Below, piece after piece: positions 1 through 10,003 of a stretch of DNA of 64,000 nt; the first letter of the stretch is position 1; the number at the start of each line of letters is the position of its first letter. A program made the translations under genes and the position numbers. The notes beneath the pieces are model-generated. The model did not search any database and was not told the origin of the DNA. It saw only the letters and a program-made list of their open reading frames with translations. The stretch lies in NCBI GenBank assembly GCA_039028155.1, contig JBCCIS010000008.1:73004-137003 (forward strand), in the 5' to 3' direction. Source of the stretch: Pseudomonadota bacterium. Lineage in GTDB: Bacteria > Pseudomonadota > Alphaproteobacteria > SP197.

Positions 1-168
1 AACGGCATGGCCGAGGTGGTCGACGGTATGGCGCCGGGGGAATTGGTGGTGACTCACGGCACCACGAACGTCCGGCCCGGTCAGGTGGTCGATGTTCGCG
101 CCATCGATGATGGCAGCATGACGCTGGCCGAACTGCTGGCAAGCCTCTCGAGCGGCGGTTCCGAGTAG
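1..168 (+). CDS. RND efflux membrane fusion (periplasmic adaptor) protein, C-terminal fragment; the 5' end lies outside the window
   Basis: Frame-1 translation NGMAEVVDGMAPGELVVTHGTTNVRPGQVVDVRAIDD... ends at TAG 166-168, 5 nt before the RND permease start; typical adaptor-permease operon order. Confidence 0.55.
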   Translation, partial: NGMAEVVDGMAPGELVVTHGTTNVRPGQVVDVRAIDDGSMTLAELLASLSSGGSE

Positions 169-173
169 CCGAC

Positions 174-3100
174 ATGGTGCTATCCGACCTCGCGGTGACG
201 CGGCCGGTGATGGCATCGGTCTTTTCTCTCTTGCTGATCGTCTTCGGCCTGTTTGCGTTCGACCGGCTGCCACTGCGCGAATACCCCGACATCGATCTAC
301 CGATTGTGTCGATCAACACATCCTATCCCGGCGCGGCCGCCAACGTGGTCGAGACCCGCATCACCAAGCCCATCGAAGACCGGATTGCCGGCGTCGAGGG
401 TGTCGAATCGATCTCGTCGATCAGCCGCGATGGTGAATCGCGGATCACGGTCGAGTTCACGACTGGCCGTGACATCGATGCTGCCGCCAACGATGTAAGG
501 GATCGTGTCGCCGGCATCATCGATGTCCTGCCGGACGAGGCGTCGCGTCCCGATATCACAAAGGCCGACAGCAACGACGACGTCATTCTGTGGTTGAACC
601 TGACCAGCGACTGGATGTCGCTGCCGGAGCTGACGGATTACGCCAACCGCTACGTGGTCGACCGCTTCTCGGTGTTGGATGGCGTTTCTCGCGTCCGCCT
701 CGGTGGCAGCAAGACCTATGCGATGCGTGTCTGGCTGGATCGCGATGCGCTGGCAGCGCGTAATCTGACCGCCGTCGATGTCGAGAATGCCCTGAGGGCG
801 GAGAACATCGAACTCCCCGCCGGCAGTATCGAATCACAGGATCGCCAGTTCACGGTCAGGCTCGACCGACCATTCGCGACGGCAGACGAGGTTGCCGGCA
901 TCGTTCTGGCCGATGGTGGTGACGGCTCCGACTATCTTGTTCGTGTTGGCGACGTCGCACGTGTCGAGATCGGCACCGAAGAAGAGCGTTCGCTCTTCCG
1001 CAGTAACGGTCAGCCGATGGTCGGCATCGGCATCATAAAGCAGTCGACGGCCAACGTACTGGCCGTCGCCGATGCGGTCCTGGCGGAAATGGCGCAGGTC
1101 GAAGCGACTCTTCCGGATGGCCTCAACATCGCGACCAGCTACGATTCCACCGTCTTTGTCGATGGCGCGGTCAAGGAAGTTTATAAGACCCTCGCCATTG
1201 CCCTGGTTCTGGTCGTCATTGTGATCTTCCTGTTCCTGGGCAGCCTGCGCGCGACCCTGGTCCCGACGGTCACCATTCCCGTCGCCATCATCGCGACGTT
1301 CATCATGCTGTGGGCTTTCGGTTTCACCATCAATCTCCTGACACTTCTTGCCCTGGTCCTGGCAATCGGGCTGGTGGTCGACGATTCGATCGTCATTCTG
1401 GAGAACATCTACCGGCGTATGGACGAGAAGGCCGAGACCCGGCTGATCGCCGCCCATGACGGCGCGCGCCAGGTCGGTTTTGCGGTGATCGCGACGACCC
1501 TGGTCCTCATCGCGGTCTTCGTGCCGATCTCGTTCTTGGAGGGCAATCTCGGCCGGCTGTTTCGCGAGTTCGCCCTGACCATGGCGGCGGCCGTGGGTTT
1601 CTCGACACTCGTCGCCTTGACGTTGTCGCCGATGCTGGCGTCGAAGCTTCTGGTGCGAAACGCGAGAAAGTCACTCGTCGGCCGTGGTTCTGATCGGTGC
1701 CTGCTGTGGTTGCGCGGAATTTATGGCGCTCTGCTGCGACGCGCCATCCGCCACCGCTGGCTGGTCGTCGCCCTGATGCTCGTGGTGGTCGCGTTGGGCG
1801 CCTTGCTCTACCGCGCGCTGCCCAGCGAATACGCGCCCCGGGAAGACCGCGGCACGTTCTTCATCATTGTCGACGGTCCCGAAGGCGCGACCTATGACTA
1901 CATGGCCGCCTACATGGATGAGATCGAGCAGCGGTTGACGCCGTTGATCGACAGCGGCGATATCAACCGTCTTCTGATCCGCTCGCCCCGAGCCTTTGGC
2001 AACACCGAGATCTTCAACACGGGCAGCGCGACCGTCGTGCTGAATGACTGGGGCGAGCGCCGCTCGAGCTGGGAGATCATGGATGATGTGCGCGAGCGCC
2101 TTGCTGATCTTCCAGGTGTCAGGGCCGTGCCCGTAATGCGCCAGGGCTTTGGCGGTGGATCGCAGCGACCGGTTCGTTTCGTGATCGGCGGTGATACCTA
2201 TGAGCAGCTAGCCGAGTGGCGCGACATTCTGCTCGCCGAAATCGACAAGGATAACCCTGGTCTGATCGGGCTGGATCATGACTACAAGGAAACCAGGCCC
2301 CAGCTTCGCGTCGTCATCGACTACGACCGGGCGGCAGACCTGGGCGTCACCGTGACGGAGATTGGGCGCACCTTGGAGACCATGCTGGGCGGCCGCGCGG
2401 TGACCACCTACATCGATGATGGAGAAGAGTACGACATCATCCTGGAAGGCGAACGGTCCGCCCAGAACACGCCCGACAGCCTGCAGAACATCTATGTCCG
2501 CTCCGACCGCACGGGTCAGCTGATCCCGCTGTCGAATGTGGTGAGCTTGGAGGAATCGGCCGGCTCGACAACCCTCAACCGGTTCAACCGGATCCGCGCC
2601 ATCACGCTCGATGCCAATCTCAGCGACGATCTCTCCTTGGGCGAGGCGCTCGACTATCTGGAAGGTCTGGTCGACGAGCACCTGCCTGCAGGCGCCATCA
2701 TCGACTACAAGGGCCAGTCGGCGGATTTCAAGAAGTCGGGCGGCTCCATAATCTTCGTGCTGTTCGCCGGCATTCTCGTCGCCTTCCTGGTCCTGGCCGC
2801 GCAGTTCGAGAGCTACGTCCATCCCTTCGTCATCATGGTGACCGTGCCGCTGGCCATGGCCGGTGCACTGGTCGGGCTCTATCTGACCGGCCAGTCGCTC
2901 AACCTTTACAGCCAGATCGGCCTGATCGTCCTGGTCGGGCTGGCGGCCAAGAACGGCATCTTGATTGTCGAGTTCGTCAATCAACTGCGCGACAGCGGCC
3001 GGTCCTTCGACGACGCCATTGTCGAAGGTGCCGAGCTTCGGCTGCGACCAATCATCATCACCGCCATCACGACCATCGCCGGATCGCTGCCGCTGATCCT

Positions 3101-3293
3101 GGCATCGGGCGCGGGCTCGGAAACCCGGCTTGTCGTCGGCATCGTCCTGTTCTGGGGTGTGGCGGCCGCCACCTTGTTCACGCTGTTCGTGGTCCCGATT
3201 GCGTACTCCATTTTGGCACGGCGCACCGGCTCGCCCGGCGACGTCAAACGGCGGCTCGATGCTGAAAGAACGGATACCGGTGGATCGGTGTAG
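174..3293 (+). CDS. RND multidrug efflux permease, HAE1/AcrB family (1039 aa)
   Basis: 1039-aa ORF. The N-terminus MVLSDLAVTRPVMASVFSLLLIVFGLFAFDRLPLREYPDIDLPIVSINTSYPGA matches AcrB-family N-termini, with 12-TM/periplasmic-loop architecture. Confidence 0.9.
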   Translation: MVLSDLAVTRPVMASVFSLLLIVFGLFAFDRLPLREYPDIDLPIVSINTSYPGAAANVVETRITKPIEDRIAGVEGVESISSISRDGESRITVEFTTGRDIDAAANDVRDRVAGIIDVLPDEASRPDITKADSNDDVILWLNLTSDWMSLPELTDYANRYVVDRFSVLDGVSRVRLGGSKTYAMRVWLDRDALAARNLTAVDVENALRAENIELPAGSIESQDRQFTVRLDRPFATADEVAGIVLADGGDGSDYLVRVGDVARVEIGTEEERSLFRSNGQPMVGIGIIKQSTANVLAVADAVLAEMAQVEATLPDGLNIATSYDSTVFVDGAVKEVYKTLAIALVLVVIVIFLFLGSLRATLVPTVTIPVAIIATFIMLWAFGFTINLLTLLALVLAIGLVVDDSIVILENIYRRMDEKAETRLIAAHDGARQVGFAVIATTLVLIAVFVPISFLEGNLGRLFREFALTMAAAVGFSTLVALTLSPMLASKLLVRNARKSLVGRGSDRCLLWLRGIYGALLRRAIRHRWLVVALMLVVVALGALLYRALPSEYAPREDRGTFFIIVDGPEGATYDYMAAYMDEIEQRLTPLIDSGDINRLLIRSPRAFGNTEIFNTGSATVVLNDWGERRSSWEIMDDVRERLADLPGVRAVPVMRQGFGGGSQRPVRFVIGGDTYEQLAEWRDILLAEIDKDNPGLIGLDHDYKETRPQLRVVIDYDRAADLGVTVTEIGRTLETMLGGRAVTTYIDDGEEYDIILEGERSAQNTPDSLQNIYVRSDRTGQLIPLSNVVSLEESAGSTTLNRFNRIRAITLDANLSDDLSLGEALDYLEGLVDEHLPAGAIIDYKGQSADFKKSGGSIIFVLFAGILVAFLVLAAQFESYVHPFVIMVTVPLAMAGALVGLYLTGQSLNLYSQIGLIVLVGLAAKNGILIVEFVNQLRDSGRSFDDAIVEGAELRLRPIIITAITTIAGSLPLILASGAGSETRLVVGIVLFWGVAAATLFTLFVVPIAYSILARRTGSPGDVKRRLDAERTDTGGSV

Positions 3294-3389
3294 CCATCTT
3301 TTGACGATCTGCGAGAGATGCGGAAGTGTGGGGTTGCATCGCCGAGCCCTTGGCCGCAGAACGAGCACAGCAGTCATGGAGGCACGACG

Positions 3390-4274
3390 ATGAGCTCGCA
3401 CCAACCCGGGATCATGGAACCCGTTCCCAGCCTTTCCCGCTATCTCGAGTTCATCGCGCTGCCGGAGGCCGATGTCGTTCCGGGTCTTGAGGTACTGAAG
3501 AACATGGCCGGCGACGACGGCTTGGTCATCGGTCTGGGAGCAGGGCTGGTGTTGGGGCTCGACGCATCGATCGATGGATTGCGGACGTTCCCGTCGATGA
3601 GCGGTCGCGGCTCTGAGGTACCGTCGACCCAGGCCGATCTTTGGGTCTGGGTGCGCGGCGAAGACCGTGGCGATATCTTTCACCGGGGCCGCGCCGTCAT
3701 CGATCATCTGGCGTCGTGCTTCCGGCTGGATCACATGGTCGATGGGTTCAAGTACGGCCGCGGCCAGGACCTGACGGGTTACGAGGACGGCACCGAGAAC
3801 CCGGTCGGCGACGAGGCCGTCGACGCGGCTCTGGTGGCCGGACACGGGCCCGGCCTTGATGGATCCAGCTTTGTCGCGGTTCAGCAATGGGCCCACGACC
3901 TCGACCATTTCGACCACATCGATCAGGACGACAAGGACAGCAACATCATCGGCCGCCGCCTGAGCGATAACGAGGAGTTGGAGGACGCGGCCGCGACGGC
4001 CCACGTCAAACGAACGTCGGCCAGCCAGTTCGAGCCGCGCTCGGTCATCCTCCGTCGTTCCATGCCGTGGGCCGATGCCTCGGGCGAAGGCCTGGTGTTC
4101 GTGGCGTTCGGCAGGACGCTCGATGCGTTCGAGGTTCAGTTGCGCCACATGATCGGTGAGGATGACAACGTGGTCGACGGCCTGTTCCGTTTCACCCGGC
4201 CGATCTCCGGCGGTTACTTCTGGTGCCCGCCGGTCGCGGGAGGGTCGTTGGACCTAAGCGCAATCGGCCTTTAG
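3390..4274 (+). CDS. Dyp-type (dye-decolorizing) peroxidase family protein
   Basis: GYEDGTENP motif and overall DyP-like sequence; ATG at 3390 preceded by GGAGG; the longer ORF from 3318 is an upstream extension. Confidence 0.7.
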   Translation: MSSHQPGIMEPVPSLSRYLEFIALPEADVVPGLEVLKNMAGDDGLVIGLGAGLVLGLDASIDGLRTFPSMSGRGSEVPSTQADLWVWVRGEDRGDIFHRGRAVIDHLASCFRLDHMVDGFKYGRGQDLTGYEDGTENPVGDEAVDAALVAGHGPGLDGSSFVAVQQWAHDLDHFDHIDQDDKDSNIIGRRLSDNEELEDAAATAHVKRTSASQFEPRSVILRRSMPWADASGEGLVFVAFGRTLDAFEVQLRHMIGEDDNVVDGLFRFTRPISGGYFWCPPVAGGSLDLSAIGL

Positions 4275-4287
4275 GGCGAAGCTCCGT

Positions 4288-4650
4288 TCAGGCTTTCTTG
4301 CGCTTGCGCGACCGCTTCTTGGACTGGTTGCGCCTCGCGGCGCTCAGAGCCTGTTCGGCCCAGCCGATCAGGCTGTCGGGATTTGCCCAGACATCATCAG
4401 GCACAGAGACATAGGACATGGTGATCGGTTTCGCCGCGGCGTCGCGGCGGTAGGTGAACGATTCACCGCCGGCCGCCAGGAACCCGTCGCGGTTCTCGTC
4501 GTCCACCTTCAGCCACAAGCGATCATACGCCGTCAGGGCGAACATGACATCATCCAGGTAGATACCGTGCCCGCCAAACATGGCCCGCGCGCGAACCGGC
4601 CCCAGCGGTGTCAGTGCCGCGACGGCCCGCTCGGCGATTTCTGATGCCAT
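4288..4650 (-). CDS. TfoX/Sxy N-terminal domain protein
   Basis: 120 aa with MFGGHGIYLDDVMFALTAYDRLWLKVDD typical of the TfoX N-terminal domain; basic C-terminal tail. Confidence 0.55.
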   Translation of the reverse strand: MASEIAERAVAALTPLGPVRARAMFGGHGIYLDDVMFALTAYDRLWLKVDDENRDGFLAAGGESFTYRRDAAAKPITMSYVSVPDDVWANPDSLIGWAEQALSAARRNQSKKRSRKRKKA

Positions 4651-4659
4651 GACCGGCTG

Positions 4660-5145
4660 TTACTTCTTTCGGAACTCGTCCAGTGCGACGACCTTGCCTG
4701 ATTCGTCGTCCTGTTCCGGCGCATTGGACTCGATCGGCTCGTCCTTGGCCACCGCCACCGGCATGGCGGCCGGATGGTCGGCGCCGTCCATGGACGGCTT
4801 GAACTGCAGGCCGAACTTGACGCTGGGGTCGACGAAGGCGGTGACCGCGCCAAACGGCACGGTCAGCGTCTGCGGTGACTGGTTGAAGCTGAGCGTGACC
4901 GAAAATCCCTCTTCGCCGATGTCCAGGTCCCAGAACTGGTGCTGCAGGACGATGGTGATCTCTTCGGGATACTTCGACTTCAGCTCGTCGCCGACCACCG
5001 CCTGTGGGTGGTCCGTGCGGAACGTGACATAAAAGTGGTGATCGCCCGACAGGCCGTGCGCCGCAACATAATGCAGTGAGCGGACCATGACGCTTCTAAG
5101 GGCGTCATCGACCATGCGTTCGTAATCAAGGTGCTCGTCGGTCAT
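4660..5145 (-). CDS. sspB: ClpXP adaptor SspB (alphaproteobacterial SspB-alpha type)
   Basis: 161 aa. Core HHFYVTFRTD...ITIVLQHQFWDL...VTLSF...VPFGAVTAFVDPS aligns with the SspB substrate-binding domain; acidic linker and C-terminal ClpX-binding-like tail VVALDEFRKK. Confidence 0.75.
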   Translation of the reverse strand: MTDEHLDYERMVDDALRSVMVRSLHYVAAHGLSGDHHFYVTFRTDHPQAVVGDELKSKYPEEITIVLQHQFWDLDIGEEGFSVTLSFNQSPQTLTVPFGAVTAFVDPSVKFGLQFKPSMDGADHPAAMPVAVAKDEPIESNAPEQDDESGKVVALDEFRKK

Positions 5146-5164
5146 TGGTTGTCGCGTCCCAGCC

Positions 5165-5440
5165 GGCTGCCCAAGGCAAAGTGGAGGGCTTCTGTTGCCC
5201 GGTGCCCTCCGAACCGCGCTTATTGCTTAAGCAGCAACAGCGAACGCCTCATTATCGTTGGCGTTTGTCATAATGACCCGATAACGGTGGTATCATGCCG
5301 GGCGAAAGCAAAGCCCTTTACCACGCGCGTCGAACCTGGTTCGCCCCCATAGATGGTGGAGGCGGCGGGTACTGCCCCCGCGTCCGCTACGCTTATTCCG
5401 GCCAGCGTTTATCGCCATAGTCCGGCGAACCGAACACCAC
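5165..5440 (-). ncRNA. ssrA: tmRNA (ssrA), two-piece circularly permuted alphaproteobacterial type; tag peptide ANDNEAFAVAA
   Basis: On the minus strand, a tRNA-like 3' end GCGGG-GGCAGTA-CCCGC-CGCCUCC-ACCA (complement of about 5354-5385) is followed immediately by GGGGGCGAACCAGGUUCGACG, the canonical tmRNA 5' end with a G3:U70 pair. The tag reading frame gcc aac gat aat gag gcg ttc gct gtt gct gct TAA (complement of 5227-5262) matches the alphaproteobacterial ANDNxAxxAxAA pattern. CCA precedes GGGG, so the gene is permuted. Exact ends are approximate. Confidence 0.7.
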
Positions 5441-5553
5441 AGAATATAGGGGTTTGGCCAGCCGGTGCCAACCGAGCCGCTTGGCCGCCGCCGAACGGTG
5501 ACGTAAGTTCGCGGTTCAACCCCTTAGATGCTTGAGAATGGTGACGACACCCG

Positions 5554-6477
5554 ATGGACCTGACGCCCGACCAGGAAGCCGAGATTGATGCACAGCGCGC
5601 CCAGAATCAGCCAACCCGCCGCGCCGTGGCGCCCGATCTTGAGGACATCCTCTACCAGCCCATCGGCGTGCTGGATCACGGTTTCGTCAGGGTTGTCGAT
5701 TACATGGGCGACGACGCGGCTATCGTGCAGGCTGCCAGGGTGTCCTATGGCCGTGGCACCAAGTCGGTGCGCAACGACGCCGGCCTGATCGGCTATCTGA
5801 TGCGCCATCGCCATTCGACGCCGTTCGAGATGTGCGAGATCAAGTATCACGTCAAGCTGCCGGTGTTTGTCGCGCGCCAGTGGATTCGCCATCGCACAGC
5901 GAACGTGAACGAGTACTCCGCGCGCTATTCGATCCTGGACCGTGAGTTCTATATCCCGGCGCCCGAGCATCTGGCGGCCCAGTCGGAGAGCAACCGCCAG
6001 GGGCGCGGCGACGTTCTGGAGGGCGACGAGGCGGCCTGGGTGCTGGATACGCTGAAACAGGATGCCGCTCAGGCCTACGACCACTACGAAACCATGCTGA
6101 ACGAGGGCGAAGGGGCCGATCCCGACAAGCAGGGCCTGGCGCGCGAGCTGGCGCGCATGAACCTGCCGCTGAACATCTATACGCAGTGGTACTGGAAGGT
6201 CGATCTGCACAATCTCTTCCACTTTCTGGCGCTCCGCGCCGACCCTCATGCCCAGTACGAGATCCGCGTCTTTGCCGAGGCCATGCTGGAGACGGTCAAG
6301 CGGTGGGTGCCGCTGGCCTATGACGCGTTTGTCGAGAACCGGCTGAACGGCGCCCAGTTCACGGCGGGCCAGATAGACGTGGTGAAACGAATGCTGCGCG
6401 GAGAAAAGGTCGACCAGGAATCCAGCGGGCTCAGCAAACGCGTGTGGAACGAACTCGCCGCTGTGCTGGATCTCTAG
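5554..6477 (+). CDS. thyX: Flavin-dependent thymidylate synthase ThyX
   Basis: RHRxxxxxxxS ThyX signature ([15 protein letters not shown]) and overall ThyX similarity. Confidence 0.9.
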   Translation: MDLTPDQEAEIDAQRAQNQPTRRAVAPDLEDILYQPIGVLDHGFVRVVDYMGDDAAIVQAARVSYGRGTKSVRNDAGLIGYLMRHRHSTPFEMCEIKYHVKLPVFVARQWIRHRTANVNEYSARYSILDREFYIPAPEHLAAQSESNRQGRGDVLEGDEAAWVLDTLKQDAAQAYDHYETMLNEGEGADPDKQGLARELARMNLPLNIYTQWYWKVDLHNLFHFLALRADPHAQYEIRVFAEAMLETVKRWVPLAYDAFVENRLNGAQFTAGQIDVVKRMLRGEKVDQESSGLSKRVWNELAAVLDL

Positions 6478-6478
6478 T

Positions 6479-7561
6479 GTGCTGACGTTCGAGCATAACG
6501 GATTGCGCCGCTCGACAGCCGCTGTGTTTGCCGCCGCCGGTGTCGAGGAAGACATTGCGCAAGCCGTTGCCAATCTGTTGGTTGACGCCAATCTGGCCGG
6601 GCACGACAGCCACGGTATCCAAATGGCCGTCTACTACATCGACTGCATAAAGACCGGCGGCCTCGATCCCAAACAGCGCGGGCGTGTCGTGTCCGATTGC
6701 GGGTCGGTGCTGGTGGTCGATGGCGGCATTGGTTTTGGCGCCGTGATTGGCGCTTTCGCCATGGATGAAGGCATGGCGCGTGTGGCGTCAAGCGGCGCCC
6801 AGGTGGTCGCGGTTCGCAACAGCCATCACCTCGGTCGGATCGGTACCTGGGCCGAACGCTGCCTGGACAAGGGTCTGATATCGATCCACTTCGTCAATGC
6901 CCACGGCCATCCGCCGTTGGTCGCGCCCTATGGCGGGATAGAAGCTCGTCTAGGCACCAATCCGATCTGCGCGGCGATGCCGGCCACTGACCGTCATCCG
7001 CCGTTTGTCCTGGATCTTGCGACCAGCCGGATCGCCTTTGGCAAGGTCGGTGTCGCCTTCGACAAGAACGAGGTGCTCGCCGAAGGCATGATGATCGACC
7101 GGCAAGGCAGGCCCACCACCGATCCCGCCACCATGATCCCCGACGCCACCGGCGGCGCCCTGGTACCGCTTGGCGACCATAAGGGCTTTGGGCTTGGCCT
7201 GTTGTGCGATCTTCTGGGTGGCGCCCTGACCGGAGGAGGTACCAGTCATCCCGGGCACCACACACAGGAGACGACCGTCAACGGTATGCTCTCGATCCTG
7301 ATCGATCCAAAGGTCCTCGGTGGCTGGCAGACGATGACAGACGAAATCGACGCGCTTTATGACTGGGCCCGTTCGGCGTCGCCGGCGCCTGAAACCGAGG
7401 GCGTTCTCCTCGCTGGTGAGCCGGAACGGCGAAACCGTGCCGAGCGGGTGGCGAACGGCATACCGATTGCCGAGGCCGCCTGGGAAGATCTGGTCGCAGC
7501 CGCTGCCGGCGTAGGTATCGATCGTGACGCGCTCGACCGGCTGGCGGGCCAGGCGATATGA
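6479..7561 (+). CDS. Ldh_2 family (malate/L-lactate/sulfolactate dehydrogenase type 2) oxidoreductase
   Basis: AGHDSHGI...RNSHHLGRIGTWAE...NPICAA motifs of the Ldh_2 family; GTG start overlapping the thyX stop region. Confidence 0.7.
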   Translation: MLTFEHNGLRRSTAAVFAAAGVEEDIAQAVANLLVDANLAGHDSHGIQMAVYYIDCIKTGGLDPKQRGRVVSDCGSVLVVDGGIGFGAVIGAFAMDEGMARVASSGAQVVAVRNSHHLGRIGTWAERCLDKGLISIHFVNAHGHPPLVAPYGGIEARLGTNPICAAMPATDRHPPFVLDLATSRIAFGKVGVAFDKNEVLAEGMMIDRQGRPTTDPATMIPDATGGALVPLGDHKGFGLGLLCDLLGGALTGGGTSHPGHHTQETTVNGMLSILIDPKVLGGWQTMTDEIDALYDWARSASPAPETEGVLLAGEPERRNRAERVANGIPIAEAAWEDLVAAAAGVGIDRDALDRLAGQAI

Positions 7562-7638
7562 TGGGATCCTTCCTTTTGCGGTCAGGTCTCGGCGACGGCA
7601 TCTGACGGCATCAAAACGGGTGTAGGTCGGAGACAACG

Positions 7639-8043
7639 ATGACGTGGGGCCGTCGAAGCATGTTTGTATGTGCCGCGTTGGCGTGGATCATCGCGCCGGG
7701 CTCGGCAAAGGCCGACTTTCAGGTCTGCAACGATAGCCACGAGGATGCCTATGTGGCGGTCGGGTACTTCAACAACGAGGATTACCTGACGCGGGGTTGG
7801 TGGCAGGTGCCGGCGAATGGATGCTTGGTTATCTATCCTGGACCGCTGAAGTGGCCTGCGTACTACGTCTATGCCGAAACGGCGACGGACGAGTATGGCA
7901 ACTACGACGTGTGGTCCGGCGATGTTCCCCTGTGTGTTCATTGGCCGAACCAGTTCGAGATCACCGGAAACTCCAGTTGCGAGACCCAGTTCTTCGAGAT
8001 CGAGGCCGGTGAGACGGAAACCATGACATTTCGCCTCGAATAG
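7639..8043 (+). CDS. Secreted DUF1036-like hypothetical protein (paralog 1)
   Basis: Signal peptide followed by FQVCNDSHEDAYVAVGYF...GWWQV..NGCLVIY.GPLKWP.YYVYAE...C...CE; four conserved Cys; GGAG RBS. Confidence 0.5.
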   Translation: MTWGRRSMFVCAALAWIIAPGSAKADFQVCNDSHEDAYVAVGYFNNEDYLTRGWWQVPANGCLVIYPGPLKWPAYYVYAETATDEYGNYDVWSGDVPLCVHWPNQFEITGNSSCETQFFEIEAGETETMTFRLE

Positions 8044-8296
8044 GCGTCATCTTCTGGTGTCGGAACCGGCGCTACCGCAACAAACCCGGAGGGGTTTCGG
8101 GCATGTTGGGCTTGATCATAACTCCTTTGATCGTTGGCTCGTTCAGGTGGCGACGTAGATTACGTTATAATTTTCAATATGTTAGGAGGTTCTAGGCGGA
8201 GTAATCCGTCTGGCGGATTGACGGGTCCCGTGATCGCAGGTCACATCGGGCAGAACTGATGGCGTGTCGACGCGCGGTAAACGGAGATCGAGCGAT

Positions 8297-8704
8297 ATGG
8301 GTTGGTTACGGGCAACATCCGCGGTTGTGGCCCTGCTGCTGTGCGTGATCGCTCGCCCGGCGGCCGCCGAGTTTAATGTCTGCAACGACACCGACACGCG
8401 CGCGCATGCGGCCGTCGGCTTCTGGGACAACACGGCTTATGTGACCCAGGGCTGGTACACCGTCGATGCCAACAGCTGCATTGTCGTCTTCGACGGGCCG
8501 CTTCAGTGGCAGTGGTACTACGTCTATGCCGAGAGCGACCTGGATGCGGAGGGTTACTTCACCGCGTGGGTCGGCTCGACCATGTTGTGTGTCGATCCGG
8601 TGCCCAGCAATTTCCGCATTGTCGGCGAGGCCGACAACTGCAGCACCGCCTTCCACGAGATCAACACCAAGACCTCAATCAACTGGACCCACAGGCTGAA
8701 CTGA
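8297..8704 (+). CDS. Secreted DUF1036-like hypothetical protein (paralog 2)
   Basis: Paralog of 7639-8043: FNVCNDTDTRAHAAVGFW...GWYTV.ANSCIVVFDGPLQWQWYYVYAE...LCV...NCST, with the same Cys spacing and a signal peptide; ATG 8297 with GGAG upstream. Confidence 0.5.
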   Translation: MGWLRATSAVVALLLCVIARPAAAEFNVCNDTDTRAHAAVGFWDNTAYVTQGWYTVDANSCIVVFDGPLQWQWYYVYAESDLDAEGYFTAWVGSTMLCVDPVPSNFRIVGEADNCSTAFHEINTKTSINWTHRLN

Positions 8705-8723
8705 CGGCCCGTGGGCCCAACAG

Positions 8724-9836
8724 TTACTGCATGACGATGCGCGGCGCCTCGCGTGTACTGCCGGCGAGCTGGTCGAGGACCGATTGGGCGATAGCCTGAT
8801 AGGCTTTCGCATGAGCACCTTCGGGTTCGGCGACGACGATCGGCTTGCCCTCATCGGAGCTTTCGCGGATCGCGATATCTAGCGGGATGTCGCCAAGAAA
8901 CGGCACGCCCAGCTTCTCGGCTTCCTTGCGGGCGCCGCCATGAGCGAAGACATCTGTGCGGTGGCCGCAGTTCCCGCAGACGAAATAGCTCATGTTCTCG
9001 ACGATACCCAGAATCGGCACATCGACCTTCTTGAACATGTTGAGGCCCTTGCGGGCATCGATCAGCGACAGGTCCTGTGGCGTCGAGACGATCACCGCGC
9101 CTGCCAGCGGCGCGCGCTGGGTCAGGGTCAACTGGGCATCGCCTGTACCCGGCGGCATGTCGATGACCATGATGTCGATGTCACCCCAGGCGACCTGGCG
9201 CAACATCTGCTCCAAGGCTGACTGGACCATGGGTCCGCGCCAGACCATGGGCGTGTCTTCCTCGATCAGCAGGCCGATCGACATGCATTTGATGCCGTAT
9301 TGCTCCTTGGGCCAAAGCTGATTGCCATCGGTTTCCGGTTTCCCCTTCAACGCAAGCAGCCGGGGCACCGACGGACCGTAGATATCGGCGTCCAGCAGGG
9401 CGACTCGCTGCCCCAGGCCTGCCAGCGCCAGTGCCAGGTTGGCCGCCGTGGTCGATTTTCCGACGCCACCCTTGCCGCTGGCGACCGCGATGATCATGCC
9501 GACACCGGGAATGTCCGGCGTTGACGCTTGCTCTCGCTCGGCGGGTTTTGGCGGTGCCTGCTCCGCCTGGCCCGAGCTGTCGGGCGCCTGATGGGCGGTC
9601 AGGACCGCAGTGACCGAGAGGACGCCCGAAATTGCGTTCACGGCCGATTCAGCGGCCTGGCGCAGCGGCTCCTTGGCCGCGCCGTCTTTCGGGTCGACCT
9701 CGATGGCAAAGCCGACATTACCGTCTTTCACGACCAGGCCGCTTATCATATTGGATTCGATGAGATTCCGGCCCGTATCCCGGTCAATGACCGCGCTAAG
9801 GGCGCTCCTCACCTCATCTTCGGTGACCCGAGCCAT
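8724..9836 (-). CDS. apbC: Fe-S cluster carrier ATPase Mrp/ApbC
   Basis: Deviant Walker A SGKGGVGKST, CxxC motif (CGNCGH) and an N-terminal DUF59-like domain. Confidence 0.9.
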   Translation of the reverse strand: MARVTEDEVRSALSAVIDRDTGRNLIESNMISGLVVKDGNVGFAIEVDPKDGAAKEPLRQAAESAVNAISGVLSVTAVLTAHQAPDSSGQAEQAPPKPAEREQASTPDIPGVGMIIAVASGKGGVGKSTTAANLALALAGLGQRVALLDADIYGPSVPRLLALKGKPETDGNQLWPKEQYGIKCMSIGLLIEEDTPMVWRGPMVQSALEQMLRQVAWGDIDIMVIDMPPGTGDAQLTLTQRAPLAGAVIVSTPQDLSLIDARKGLNMFKKVDVPILGIVENMSYFVCGNCGHRTDVFAHGGARKEAEKLGVPFLGDIPLDIAIRESSDEGKPIVVAEPEGAHAKAYQAIAQSVLDQLAGSTREAPRIVMQ

Positions 9837-10003
9837 GCTTAAGTCCTCTGAAGAAAGTCGAAAATCACGGGCAATCGCAGCACGGCTACGTTTGCGGCTG
9901 GCCGCGCATCTGTCATATAACGCTTGATCTCAGCGCAACAACCCATACTTAAGCCCTTAACTAATTGTCCGTGCGTGGACAGGGACCGGGAGAGGCAGAA
10001 CGC

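Noticed and set aside
2208-4148. 646-aa minus-strand ORF overlapping the RND permease and DyP genes. Similar long ORFs: 32423-34024 (+), 21993-23177 (-), 6950-7636 (-), 11089-11982 (-), 42138-42947 (-) and many others
   Set aside because: They lie antisense to, or out of frame with, well-supported conserved genes. Their translations are Arg/Ala/Gly-rich with no recognizable motifs. Such stop-free alternative frames are typical artifacts in a 65% GC genome.
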